NCBI GenBank assembly: GCA_965222375.1
Contig: CBDCTZ010000016.1
Span: 2,592,001-2,656,000, forward strand
Reading direction: 5' to 3'
From: Polyangiaceae bacterium
GTDB lineage: Bacteria > Myxococcota_A > Polyangia > Polyangiales > Polyangiaceae
Length of the DNA: 64,000 bases
Shown: positions 29,114 to 38,744 of the stretch, one piece after another
Layout of the letters: each line of letters begins with the position of its first letter
How positions within the stretch are numbered: position 1 is the stretch's first letter
The notes under the pieces: model-generated
Told to the model about the DNA's origin: nothing
Seen by the model: the letters and a program-made list of their open reading frames with translations, nothing else
Database searches by the model: none
Made by a program: the position numbers and the translations under genes

Positions 29114-31753
29114 ATGCGGTATCGCTCATCATTCTTGGTGCTCACGTTTGCAGTTGGGCTGGGCCTCTCGTCGGGTTGCGGAGGCGGCGACGAGGCGGGT
29201 TCGACGTCCACGGGTGGCCAGGATGCCGGAGTGGACGGCGCTTCGGGTAGTGGAGGAGTCATCTCGACGGGTGGCACCTCAGGTAGTGGCGGCGGCAGCG
29301 CCGGCACAGGAGCAGCCGGCGCGTCGGGCTCGAGCGGCGCGTCGGGCTCGAGCGGCGCGTCGGGCTCGAGCGGCGCGTCGGGCTCGAGCGGCGCGTCGGG
29401 TTCAAGCGGTGCGTCCGGTTCGAGCGGTGCGTCGGGTTCTGGTGGCGCCGCCGGTGCAGACGGAGGCTCCACGGGTGGAGCGGCCGGTAGTGGCGGAGCG
29501 GCCACCGGTGGTGCGGCTGGCAGCGGCGGAGTGGCCACAGGTGGCGCCGCCGGTTCAGACGGAGGCTCCACGGGTGGAGCGGCCGGTAGCGGCGGAGCGG
29601 CCACCGGTGGCGCCGCGGGGAGCGCCGGCGCGGCCGGTAGCGGCGGAGCGGCCACCGGTGGCGCCGCGGGGAGCGCCGGCGCGGCTGGCAGCGGCGGTGC
29701 GGCGGGGGCCGATGCCGGGCCGCCCGAGTGCGTCACGAATGGAGATTGCGACAACCTCTCCTACTGCGACGGGGTGGAGACCTGCTCTGGCGGCAAATGT
29801 GTGGCTGGAACGCCGGTGGTGTGCGCCGACGATGGCAAGTCCTGCACTGCGGAGGTCTGCGACGACGTGTCCAAGACTTGTAAGACGGTTCTTCAGGACT
29901 CGAAGTGCTCCGACAACTTGTTCTGCACTGGAACCGAGAAGTGTGACCCCAGCGCGTCGGGCTCAGACCCCACGACCGGGTGCGTCGCGGGCACGCCGGT
30001 CGCTTGTGACGACGGGATCTCCTGCACCGTCGACACCTGCAGCAATTCTCAGGGCAAGTGCGTGTTCTTGCCCAACAACACGCTATGTGACAACGGCACT
30101 TACTGCGATGGTGCGGAAGTTTGCGACCCGCCCAACGGGGCAGTGGGCACTGGATGCAAAGCCGGGACCGCCATCGACTGCGAAGACGGCGTGGGCTGCA
30201 CCCAAGACTCTTGCGACGAGACGTCGAAGTCGTGCCTGCACAACCCGAACCACAACGCATGCTCCGACAACGTGTATTGCAACGGCACCGAGGTTTGCAG
30301 CCTCACCCAGGACTGCATAGCGGGCACGCCTGTCAGCTGCGCTTCCGATGGGTACTCCTGCACGGAGGATGCTTGCGATGAAGCTCTGAAGACATGCACC
30401 TCCACACCGAACAACGCACTGTGTGCTTCCGGCGAGATCTGCACGGGTACCGGAACCAACCCGGGCACTGGCTGCACGACCTTGGCGTGCACCCAAAACT
30501 CTCAATGCGACGACCTCAATCCCTGCAACGGTGTAGAGACTTGTGACACCTCGGTGCCGGGCGGACAGTGCGTCAGCGGCACGCCGGTGAACTGTGATGA
30601 TGGGATTCAGTGCACCCTGGACGAATGCGATCCCACAAACGGTCAGTGCAAGTACACGCCTTTCAGCGGGGTCTGTAACGACGGCAACGCGTGCAACGGA
30701 ACCGAAACGTGCGTCGTGGGCACGGGTTGCACCGCCGGCACGCCGCTCACCTGCGACGACGGGATCGCCTGTACGATCGACACATGTATCCAGGCGCTGG
30801 GTTGCTTCTACCAGCCGGATCCAACCCCCTGCCAGGACGGCTCCACGTGCAATGGTGAGGAAACCTGCAGCGCTACTCTAGGGTGTCAGCCCAGTCCGGG
30901 GCCGCTGCAATGCGCGGATGACGGCATCGCATGCACGACGGAGGCGTGCGTCGAGGGTGTGGGCTGCGTATCCACTCCCGACAATAACAGCTGCGCCTGC
31001 GGGCAAACCTGCAACCCGACCCAAGGTGGTTGCGGGTTCTTCTGCAACGTTTCGACCTGTCAAGGCAAGACCTATCAGTGCGGAGATTGCTTGGACAATG
31101 ATGGCGACTGCAAGATCGATAGCGCTGACGATCATTGCATCGGCGTTTGCGATAACAACGAGCAGGGGTTCAAGGGCAACATTTCTGGTCAGAATAACGC
31201 CCCGTGCAAAGCCGACTGCTACTTCGATCAGGATACCGGTTCGGGCAACGACGACTGCCACTGGAGTCACAAGTGTGACCCGCTTGCTGTCGCTCCGGAC
31301 TACCCGCCCGAAGGTTCGAAGTGCAAGTACAACCCGAACACGAATATCCCTGGGACGGGCCAAACTTGCGCTCAGCTCCAGGCGGCGCAGTCGGCGCAAT
31401 GCGGCACCTACTGCGGCCCCCTCGTGCCCAACGGCTGTGACTGTTTTGGCTGCTGTGCAATCCCCGGAGCCCCGACCACCGTGTATCTCGGATCCGAGGA
31501 CAGCGGAGGCAACGGAAGCTGTGACTTGCAGAGCTTGAACGACCCGCAGAAGTGCAAACCCTGCACCCAGGTCGCCGCCTGTTTGAATACCTGCGAGAAT
31601 TGCGAAATCTGCATAGGCAAGCCAACACTGCCGCCTGAGTGCACGGGTCAGACTTGTCCTCCGGGTCGGCAGCAGTGCGGCCTGCCTGGGCAGCAGCCTT
31701 GCCCGGCGGGTGAGTTCTGTGTGACGGGCTGTTGCCAGCCCGTCCCGCAGTAG
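29114..31753 (+). CDS. Large Cys-rich lipoprotein with Gly/Ser/Ala linker and Dictyostelium-type CDDG..CT.D.C repeats
   Basis: Lipobox SSGC; repeated C(D/A)DDG.(S/A)CT.(D/E).C...C.D...C.G.E.C units; C-terminal domain shared with 26762-27679. Confidence 0.85.
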   Translation: MRYRSSFLVLTFAVGLGLSSGCGGGDEAGSTSTGGQDAGVDGASGSGGVISTGGTSGSGGGSAGTGAAGASGSSGASGSSGASGSSGASGSSGASGSSGASGSSGASGSGGAAGADGGSTGGAAGSGGAATGGAAGSGGVATGGAAGSDGGSTGGAAGSGGAATGGAAGSAGAAGSGGAATGGAAGSAGAAGSGGAAGADAGPPECVTNGDCDNLSYCDGVETCSGGKCVAGTPVVCADDGKSCTAEVCDDVSKTCKTVLQDSKCSDNLFCTGTEKCDPSASGSDPTTGCVAGTPVACDDGISCTVDTCSNSQGKCVFLPNNTLCDNGTYCDGAEVCDPPNGAVGTGCKAGTAIDCEDGVGCTQDSCDETSKSCLHNPNHNACSDNVYCNGTEVCSLTQDCIAGTPVSCASDGYSCTEDACDEALKTCTSTPNNALCASGEICTGTGTNPGTGCTTLACTQNSQCDDLNPCNGVETCDTSVPGGQCVSGTPVNCDDGIQCTLDECDPTNGQCKYTPFSGVCNDGNACNGTETCVVGTGCTAGTPLTCDDGIACTIDTCIQALGCFYQPDPTPCQDGSTCNGEETCSATLGCQPSPGPLQCADDGIACTTEACVEGVGCVSTPDNNSCACGQTCNPTQGGCGFFCNVSTCQGKTYQCGDCLDNDGDCKIDSADDHCIGVCDNNEQGFKGNISGQNNAPCKADCYFDQDTGSGNDDCHWSHKCDPLAVAPDYPPEGSKCKYNPNTNIPGTGQTCAQLQAAQSAQCGTYCGPLVPNGCDCFGCCAIPGAPTTVYLGSEDSGGNGSCDLQSLNDPQKCKPCTQVAACLNTCENCEICIGKPTLPPECTGQTCPPGRQQCGLPGQQPCPAGEFCVTGCCQPVPQ
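29318..29440 (+). repeat. 18-bp coding tandem repeat (GASGSS)x6 plus a partial unit
   Basis: GGCGCGTCGGGCTCGAGC four times perfect, then degenerate copies. Confidence 0.95.
29581..29682 (+). repeat. Exact 51-bp tandem duplication in the Gly-rich linker
   Basis: 29581-29631 equals 29632-29682. Confidence 0.9.
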
Positions 31754-31815
31754 TTTGGTCCCTGTGGACTCAGCCTAATTGTACCGGGCGCAAAATTTCG
31801 TCATGCTCCCGGGCC

Positions 31816-32808
31816 ATGCGTACGTTCTGCATTGCACTAGCCCTCAGTGCGGTCTTGGTTGGCTGCGAAGAGCAGCCCAAGCCTGAGCCCGTCGAAAAGA
31901 AACCGGCGCGAGTCGCCGAGGGGCCACCCCCCATGGGGTCGGCTCTGCGCAACAAGCTGAAGGAGCGACCCAAGGGCGTCGCTAGTGCGGTGGCCCAAGC
32001 GGTTGCTCCACAACCCAAGGCGATCGAAGCGCCGAAGGATGTGGCGGCGCCACCAAAGACGGCAAAGAAGACCCGCAGCGGCATCGCGTACGTCGTCCTG
32101 GAGAAGGGCAAGGGAACCAAGAAGCCCAAGCAAGAAGACCGCGTGAAGGTGCACTACAGCGGCTGGACCAAGGATGGCAAGATGTTCGACAGCTCTGTCG
32201 CGAAGAACGCGCCCGCGACCTTCGGCGTGGGCCAAGTCATTCCGGGTTGGACCGAAGCCCTCAAGCTCATGGTGGAGGGGCAGAAGCTGCGCGTGTGGAT
32301 CCCGTCAAAGCTTGCGTACGGAGACAAACCAGGGTTTGGCCCTGCTGGGCAGCTGACTTTCGAAATCGAACTGCTGGAGATACTCAAGACCCCCAAGCCC
32401 CCGAAAGCGCCGCCTGACGTGAGGGCTCCGCCGAAAACGGCAAAGAAGACGGCGAGCGGACTTGCATACCGAAGCTTGAAGAAAGGCAAAGGCACCAAAC
32501 ACCCTACCCGCGCGGATCGTGTGACCGTGAACTACACGGGCTGGACTACGAACGGGAAGATGTTCGACAGTTCGATTCCAAAGGGCGAGCCGACGACCTT
32601 CCCCTTGGGAGCCGTCATCAAAGGATGGGGAGAAGGGCTTCAGTTGATGGTCGAGGGGGAGACTATGCGGTTCTGGATCCCAGCCGAGCTGGCCTACGGC
32701 GACAAGCCGACGCGGCCAGGGGCCCCCGCGGGCATGCTCGTATTCGATGTCGAGCTTCTGGCGATCCACGCTGGTAGGCCTGATCCTCACGCTGGCCATG
32801 GGCATTGA
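31816..32808 (+). CDS. Lipoprotein with tandem FKBP-type peptidyl-prolyl isomerase domains
   Basis: Lipobox LVGC; two VxYxGW..GKMFDSS...VI.GW.E.L..M..G...WIP..LAYG domains. Confidence 0.93.
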   Translation: MRTFCIALALSAVLVGCEEQPKPEPVEKKPARVAEGPPPMGSALRNKLKERPKGVASAVAQAVAPQPKAIEAPKDVAAPPKTAKKTRSGIAYVVLEKGKGTKKPKQEDRVKVHYSGWTKDGKMFDSSVAKNAPATFGVGQVIPGWTEALKLMVEGQKLRVWIPSKLAYGDKPGFGPAGQLTFEIELLEILKTPKPPKAPPDVRAPPKTAKKTASGLAYRSLKKGKGTKHPTRADRVTVNYTGWTTNGKMFDSSIPKGEPTTFPLGAVIKGWGEGLQLMVEGETMRFWIPAELAYGDKPTRPGAPAGMLVFDVELLAIHAGRPDPHAGHGH

Positions 32809-32813
32809 ACGCC

Positions 32814-34754
32814 CTAGCTCTTGATCTTCCCGCGACGGACCAGCATGACCTCGGAGGCCTCGGTCGCCTTCCGACGCACGAGAATGTTCGCGTGGGTCCC
32901 TTCCGGACCTCGAATGCGCTGGATCGCCCCTTGAAAGCCCAGTTCGGAGATAGGTATTTCGTCGACCGCCAGGATGGCGTCGCCGGGAACGAGACCTGCG
33001 GCGTCGGCGCCGCTCTTCGGCAGCACTTTGCCAATCACGAGGGCAGTGTCCTGCGCGCTGAGCACGGCGCCAATGCCGTAGAGCTCAATGGTCGGCTTTT
33101 CGCCTTCCTTTGTTGGAGTCAGCTCAACCGTAACCGAAGACAGCCGCTGCCCTTCTCGAAGGGAGAGGGCGCCGACGATCTTTCCGTGGTGACCTGCGGC
33201 CGCGATCAGCAGGGCGTGCTGGCCCGGCGCAAGACCAGGGAGCTCGAACTCGCCCTGGGCATTGGTCACGACGGCGCGGATCGCGCTGATGTCCCCAGGC
33301 GCGCGATGAGCCGTCTGCTCCAAAGAAACCTTGGCGCCCTCGATGGGGTTCTTGTCTTCCTTGCTGCGTACGACGCCTGCGATGGACCCACCCCGGGGCA
33401 AGCTCAGCTTCACTTCTGCATCGCCGCTCGTGAGATCGACCTTCGCTTCCGAGCTGGTGGCAAAGCCGGCGGCGCGAGCCGTTGCGATGTACTGCGACGG
33501 TGGCAGTCTGCTCAGTCGGAACCTACCCGCACTGTCGAAGACCGACTCCACTCGCACCAGAGCACTGGTTAGCGCTCCAGTTTTCTCGCGGACCAAGATG
33601 GTGAATGCCGCAACGGGAGCTCCATTGGTGTCGACGACCTCACCACTCAAGACAGCTCCGACGCCGAGCACCAACTCGATGGGTGAAGGCCGCGCTGATG
33701 CCACGATATTTCGAAGCCAGGTTGCGTTGCCGTAGCCGTCGTCTGCGCGCAGGATGTGCTTTTCCGGCGCAAGTCCTTTCAGAGTGAAGTTGCCGTCTTT
33801 GTCGGTCCTTGTCGCCGCGCCCACAGCTGGATCGTCCGTGCGGAAGCGTTGGCCCAAGGGCATCGCAGACACGAAGACGTCGGGCAGAGGGGTCTTTTCG
33901 TCGTCTACGACGCGCCCGACGATGGACGCCCCAGGAGGAGCTGTGCCGGGAGGTTTCAGTACGATTTGGAGCCGATGGCTGACCTGTGCGGAGAATCCGA
34001 GCACCGCTCGTCCCGGCGAGAAGTCCTGATGGCGTGCTTCCAGTACGGCGCCGTCTCGGGCTCCGAACTCGAAGGTGCCCTTGTCTCCGGAAATGAACAC
34101 GGAAGCTTCCCCGCCGGCTGACGTGGGTGCGCCGAAGTCATCCAAGATCCGCACGCTGGCACCCGCCACGGCTGCGCCGCTGGGATCCTTCACTACCCCC
34201 AGGTACTTGATGCGGGGCACCAGGTGCACGCTAACGCCGCTCACCCCGAAGCCTTTGCGGGCCACCATCACGATGGGGCTCGTGCCTAGCTCGGGCGAGA
34301 AAGGAAAGAAGCCCTCGGCGGTCGCGGCACTGAGTTCGTAGCTTCCCTCGGTGGGTGGTTGGAAGGAAAACTCTCCAGTCTGGTCAGTGTCCACGCTCGC
34401 TGCGCCCTTGGGACCGACAAAAACCAAATGCGCCCCAGCGATGCCTTTCAGGTTTCCGCTCGAGACGACGCGACCGGAAAATGCGCCGGGCTTTCCCTCA
34501 TCGCCCTCGGCGACTTCGCCGCCGCTCAGAATCAAAGGCGCGAAGCGCCCCCCGCGATGACGGGCACTGGGAAGGCCCCTATCCGCCGCTGGAGTCGGTG
34601 CAGACGCGGAGGCGGCGGCGCTCGAGGCAGCGGCGATGGTCGCTTGAACCATGCGCTCGTAGCGCCAACGAACTCCAAGAGCCATCGCTGCGATGGCTGC
34701 AGCCAGCAGCACGATCTGCGGCCAGCGCCGGGGGGCACCACCTCGCTTCGTCAC
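32814..34754 (-). CDS. Membrane-anchored carboxypeptidase-regulatory-like repeat protein with C-terminal PDZ domain
   Basis: N-terminal TM; repeated G.V.D..G.P..GA.V/T..G.F units; GIGAVL..SGADAAGL.PGD.ILAVD..IRGPEGT. Confidence 0.85.
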   Translation of the reverse strand: MTKRGGAPRRWPQIVLLAAAIAAMALGVRWRYERMVQATIAAASSAAASASAPTPAADRGLPSARHRGGRFAPLILSGGEVAEGDEGKPGAFSGRVVSSGNLKGIAGAHLVFVGPKGAASVDTDQTGEFSFQPPTEGSYELSAATAEGFFPFSPELGTSPIVMVARKGFGVSGVSVHLVPRIKYLGVVKDPSGAAVAGASVRILDDFGAPTSAGGEASVFISGDKGTFEFGARDGAVLEARHQDFSPGRAVLGFSAQVSHRLQIVLKPPGTAPPGASIVGRVVDDEKTPLPDVFVSAMPLGQRFRTDDPAVGAATRTDKDGNFTLKGLAPEKHILRADDGYGNATWLRNIVASARPSPIELVLGVGAVLSGEVVDTNGAPVAAFTILVREKTGALTSALVRVESVFDSAGRFRLSRLPPSQYIATARAAGFATSSEAKVDLTSGDAEVKLSLPRGGSIAGVVRSKEDKNPIEGAKVSLEQTAHRAPGDISAIRAVVTNAQGEFELPGLAPGQHALLIAAAGHHGKIVGALSLREGQRLSSVTVELTPTKEGEKPTIELYGIGAVLSAQDTALVIGKVLPKSGADAAGLVPGDAILAVDEIPISELGFQGAIQRIRGPEGTHANILVRRKATEASEVMLVRRGKIKS

Positions 34755-34857
34755 ACAGCGGAAGTAGCAAGTCACCCCTCCGGTGACCAGGGTCCGGCGG
34801 CGGCTCGAGCGGCAACCCTCGCTTCTGGGGCAAAATCGGCTAGGCTCGCCGGCCCCA

Positions 34858-36882
34858 ATGACTCGCCGCATCTTGGTTACCGCCGCTCTGCCCTACGCAA
34901 ACGGGCACATCCACCTCGGGCATCTGGTCGAATACATCCAGACCGACATCTGGGTGCGCTTCCAGCGCTTGCGAGGCAACCGAGCGCTCTACATCTGCGC
35001 CGATGACACTCACGGCACGGCCATCATGATTCGTGCTCGGCAGGAGGGCCGCGATCCCGAGGCGATGATCGAGGACATGTCTGTCGCCCATCAGAAGGAC
35101 TTTGCGGATTTCCAAATCGCCTTCGACAACTACGGCAGCACGCACTCCGAAGAAAACCGTGCCTTGTGCCACGAGATTTGGGCTGCGATTCGCAAGGCAG
35201 GCTTGGTGACTGAGAAGGACGTGACCCAGCTGTTCGATGTCGAACATGGAACATTTCTGGCGGACCGGTTCGTCCGGGGTACCTGCCCCAAGTGCAAGAC
35301 CGCGGATCAATACGGGGACTCCTGCGAGAAGTGTATGAGCACCTACTCACCCACGGACTTGATCGATCCGATCAGCACGCTCTCGGGAGGCACGCCCGAA
35401 GTGCGCACGGCAAAGCACCTGTTCGTGCAGGTGGAACAACTGCACGATTTCTTGACGGATTGGACCCAAGCACCGGGCAAGCTGCAGCCGGAGATCGCCA
35501 ACTACCTCAAAGGCTTCTTCCTGTGCGAGAAGTTGCGGGACTGGGATATCTCGCGCCCAGCGCCCTACTTCGGTTTCGAGATCCCAGATGCGCCGGGCAA
35601 CTATTGGTACGTCTGGTTCGATGCGCCCATTGGCTACATCGCGAGCACAGTTCAGTGGTGCGAAAAGCACAGGGAGAAGCTGCACGATTGGTGGCGCAGC
35701 GACAAAACGGAAGTACGCCACTTCATTGGCAAGGACATCGTGTACTTCCACACCTTGTTCTGGCCTGCCATGCTCAAGACGGCTGGGTTTTCGCTGCCCA
35801 CGCGAGTGCAAGTGCACGGCTTCTTGACCGTGAATGGCGAGAAGATGAGCAAAAGCAAGGGCACTTTCGTCCTGGCGCGCACCTATTTGGAACAGCTGGA
35901 CCCGGCGTACCTGCGCTACTTCTATGCGAGCAAGCTCGGAACTCGACCCGATGACATCGATCTGAACCTCGACGAACTCGTGGCGAGGGTGAATTCGGAC
36001 GTGCTGGGCAAGGTTGTCAATCTGGCAAGTCGTTCAGCGCGTTTCGTGAGGGACGCGGGGCTGTCGGCTCAGTACCCAGAGGATGAGGGTCTGTTCGAGG
36101 CGGCAGCCAAGGTCGGTACTGAAATCGCGGACGCCTACGAAAACGCTGACTATGCGAGGGCCATGCGCGGGGTGATGGCGCTGGCGGATCGCGCTAACGA
36201 GTACGTGGACCGGCGGCAGCCCTGGACCCTCAAGAAGGATCCGACCAAGACCCAGGAGCTGCAGGACGTTTGCACGGTCATTCTCAATCTGTACCGGCAG
36301 CTGGTGATCTACCTCGCGCCCGTGCTTCCAAAACTGGCTACGGACAGCGGCAAGTTGCTCAACACGGAAATCGCGAACTGGTCCGATGCCGCGACTCCGC
36401 TGGTAGGCACGCCCATTGCCGAGTTTTCCCATCTCATGCAACGGGTGGACCCCAAGAAAGTGCAAGCCGTGGTGGAGGCAAGTCGCGCTGTGGAGGCTGA
36501 GCCCGCGCCAGCGTCGGCGGGCAGCGGTCCCCTGGCAGACGAGCCTCTCGCGGAAGAATGCAGCATCGACGACTTTGGCAAGGTGGACTTACGGGTTGCG
36601 GAAGTTGTCAGAGCCGAGGCGGTGCCCAAGGCCAACAAGTTGCTCAAGCTCACGCTGAGCCTGGGCGGCGGCGTAGAGCGCACGGCGTTTGCAGGAATCA
36701 AGGCGGCGTACGCGCCGGAAGACCTAGTGGGCCGAAAGGTCGTGTTGGTCGCCAATCTTGCGCCCCGCAAGATGAAATTTGGTGTCAGTGAGGGCATGGT
36801 CGTGGCTGCCGGCCCCGGCGGTAAGGACGTGTTCTTGCTGTCTCCGGATGACGGCGCACAGCCCGGGCAGCGCGTGCACTGA
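34858..36882 (+). CDS. metG: Methionine--tRNA ligase
   Basis: [13 protein letters not shown], zinc knuckle CPKC..CEKC, KMSKS, C-terminal tRNA-binding domain ([17 protein letters not shown]). Confidence 0.98.
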   Translation: MTRRILVTAALPYANGHIHLGHLVEYIQTDIWVRFQRLRGNRALYICADDTHGTAIMIRARQEGRDPEAMIEDMSVAHQKDFADFQIAFDNYGSTHSEENRALCHEIWAAIRKAGLVTEKDVTQLFDVEHGTFLADRFVRGTCPKCKTADQYGDSCEKCMSTYSPTDLIDPISTLSGGTPEVRTAKHLFVQVEQLHDFLTDWTQAPGKLQPEIANYLKGFFLCEKLRDWDISRPAPYFGFEIPDAPGNYWYVWFDAPIGYIASTVQWCEKHREKLHDWWRSDKTEVRHFIGKDIVYFHTLFWPAMLKTAGFSLPTRVQVHGFLTVNGEKMSKSKGTFVLARTYLEQLDPAYLRYFYASKLGTRPDDIDLNLDELVARVNSDVLGKVVNLASRSARFVRDAGLSAQYPEDEGLFEAAAKVGTEIADAYENADYARAMRGVMALADRANEYVDRRQPWTLKKDPTKTQELQDVCTVILNLYRQLVIYLAPVLPKLATDSGKLLNTEIANWSDAATPLVGTPIAEFSHLMQRVDPKKVQAVVEASRAVEAEPAPASAGSGPLADEPLAEECSIDDFGKVDLRVAEVVRAEAVPKANKLLKLTLSLGGGVERTAFAGIKAAYAPEDLVGRKVVLVANLAPRKMKFGVSEGMVVAAGPGGKDVFLLSPDDGAQPGQRVH

Positions 36883-36934
36883 TTGAGCCTCCGGCGCCGG
36901 TAGCCTCGAGCAAGCTGCACCACGCCGCGCCAGC

Positions 36935-37042
36935 GCCGCGCATCATCGAGAATTCAGTGCACATCCGGAGGGAGCAGTCGGCGCGCGAATCCCGAGCGAA
37001 TCGGGTGCCGCGCATCATCGAGAATTCGGTGCACATCCGGAG
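36935..37042. repeat. Two 36-bp direct repeats separated by a 36-bp unique spacer
   Basis: GCCGCGCATCATCGAGAATTC[A/G]GTGCACATCCGGAG at 36935-36970 and 37007-37042 (1 mismatch). Confidence 0.9.
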
Positions 37043-37863
37043 CACGGCGTTGTTTTGGCCGGTCGGCTGCGCCGAGGCCGGAAGTAGCTAGTATTATTAT
37101 AGAATTCACCACGCTGCTCAGGGTGCCAGCCGGGCATTCCCAACAAGGGCAGCGGGAGGACGGAGCTGGGAGAGGGCAGCGCGTCCCAAAGTCGCGACTC
37201 GAGCTGTCCGTCAACACTGCGGAGGAACTCGGCGGGGGGTTGCTGCAGCAGTTGTGGCTCGCAGTTTTGGAGCAACACCTTGCCTACCAGGCCGAGATAG
37301 GGCGCGCGTAAGATGTCCAGCAGGCCATGGCCGATCACGATCAATCGCAGATGACGCTCGAGGTCGTTCCGCCGCTCCCAGAATAGCTCCTTCCAACGTA
37401 GCTCGCGAATGTGATCGAGGAGTTGTGGCGTGTCGCTCCACACGACCACGCCACACTCATCAAATAGAGCCGCAGCGTTCTGGCGTGCGGAGCGACCATT
37501 GCGGGGATCGCGAGGCTCGGTCTCGTCCAACTGGATCGCGTTCAAGACTCGCTTCGATCTGGGCAGATGCATCCACACCAGGGCGTTCATCAGGTCGTGC
37601 CAGTTCTCATGTCGGGTTGGTACCTGCATGCTGGCCACAACGCGCTCGTAGCGCAGGGGGGCGTCGACAAGGTGCGGCTCCCAATCGATGAATCGGGGTA
37701 CCGCATCAGCCTGCGCAAGGGGATGGAGCTGCGTTGCCCACCTCGAAAGCACGCCCGGGGTCGGCCAGTCCCGAGCGCTCAGCAGGGAGTCTCGGATGCC
37801 CTCTGAGAAGAACTCGTAGGCGGGACGCTCCGCCACAACCCTCGGATCGAAGTCTCGCGACAT
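37015..37863 (-). CDS. DUF3025-family protein
   Basis: VPTRHENWHDLMNALVW..P.SK..LN, LFDECG, GHGLL, PLPLLGMPGW, YFRP. Confidence 0.85.
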   Translation of the reverse strand: MSRDFDPRVVAERPAYEFFSEGIRDSLLSARDWPTPGVLSRWATQLHPLAQADAVPRFIDWEPHLVDAPLRYERVVASMQVPTRHENWHDLMNALVWMHLPRSKRVLNAIQLDETEPRDPRNGRSARQNAAALFDECGVVVWSDTPQLLDHIRELRWKELFWERRNDLERHLRLIVIGHGLLDILRAPYLGLVGKVLLQNCEPQLLQQPPAEFLRSVDGQLESRLWDALPSPSSVLPLPLLGMPGWHPEQRGEFYNNTSYFRPRRSRPAKTTPCSGCAPNSR

Positions 37864-37970
37864 CTGCCTCGCTCAGATTGTAACAGGCGCATCTCGGGTA
37901 ACCCATCCACCTACGACGTCTAGACGGGCAGGGTTGGCTAGTGGCACGCGTTCGTTCGGAGGACCGGACG

Positions 37971-38315
37971 ATGAAAGATTCGAATTTGGTTACAAACGAG
38001 GTGCCGCGAGAGGACCAGGAGCGCTGGACCGAGGCGCGGGCACGGGACGTGCTGCGGGCGCTGGAAGACTCTGGGCTGTCTGCGGCTGCGTTCGCAGAGC
38101 GAGAGGGGCTGCGGGTTCAGCGATTGTTCTTTTGGAAACGACGACTTGGGAGGCAACAGCCGGGGGCAGCGAAGTTCGTGGAGGTAGCGGCGCGCGCTGC
38201 CCACGGCGTGGAAGTGGTGCTGCGTAATGGCCGGACCCTGCGCATCCCAGAGTCGATTGATGTTCGCGCTCTGCGCCGGCTCGTTGCGGCTCTCGAGGAC
38301 GACGCGACTTGCTGA
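37971..38315 (+). CDS. tnpA: IS66 accessory protein TnpA (HTH)
   Basis: SGLSAAAFAEREGL...WKRRL...FVEV...VEVVLRNGRTLRI. Confidence 0.88.
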   Translation: MKDSNLVTNEVPREDQERWTEARARDVLRALEDSGLSAAAFAEREGLRVQRLFFWKRRLGRQQPGAAKFVEVAARAAHGVEVVLRNGRTLRIPESIDVRALRRLVAALEDDATC

Positions 38316-38710
38316 GCCTGCCACCCAGTGTTCGCCTGCTGGTCGCGAGTCAGCCGGTGGACGGACGCAAGGGCGTTGACAGTTTGATGGTCATGGTGCG
38401 AGACGTTCTGGAGCAAGATGTCTTCAGTGGTCACCTCTTCGTCTTTTTCACCAAGCGCTGCGATCGGGTGCGCATTGTTTATTGGGACCGCAACGGTTTT
38501 GCCATGTGGACGAAGCGGCTGGAGCGCGGACGATTTCGCCCAAAGCTGTCAGCAGATGGCTCGCTGACCGCCTCCGCGATCGAGGCGGCCGAGCTGGGCC
38601 TGATCATCGAGGGTATCGAGTTGGCCGGGGCGCGCCGGCGCCCACGCTGGGAGCCGCGTCGAGCGGTTCAGCGAAACAATGTTCCACAGATCTTTTCTGC
38701 AGTGAGATGA
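38309..38710 (+). CDS. tnpB: IS66 accessory protein TnpB
   Basis: PVDGRKGVDSL, GHLFVF..KRCDRVRIVYWDRNGFAMWTKRLERGRF; overlaps the tnpA stop. Confidence 0.93.
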   Translation: MLSLPPSVRLLVASQPVDGRKGVDSLMVMVRDVLEQDVFSGHLFVFFTKRCDRVRIVYWDRNGFAMWTKRLERGRFRPKLSADGSLTASAIEAAELGLIIEGIELAGARRRPRWEPRRAVQRNNVPQIFSAVR

Positions 38711-38744
38711 TCTTCTTTCGGGCGAGACGCGTCTAACGCGTCGG

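Noticed and set aside
36935..37042. Bona fide CRISPR array
   Set aside because: Only two repeats, no cas genes, no AT-rich leader and atypical repeat ends; kept only as an unexplained repeat
38309..38710. TnpB as an RNA-guided IS200/IS605 nuclease
   Set aside because: It is the 133-aa IS66 accessory TnpB; no RuvC motifs
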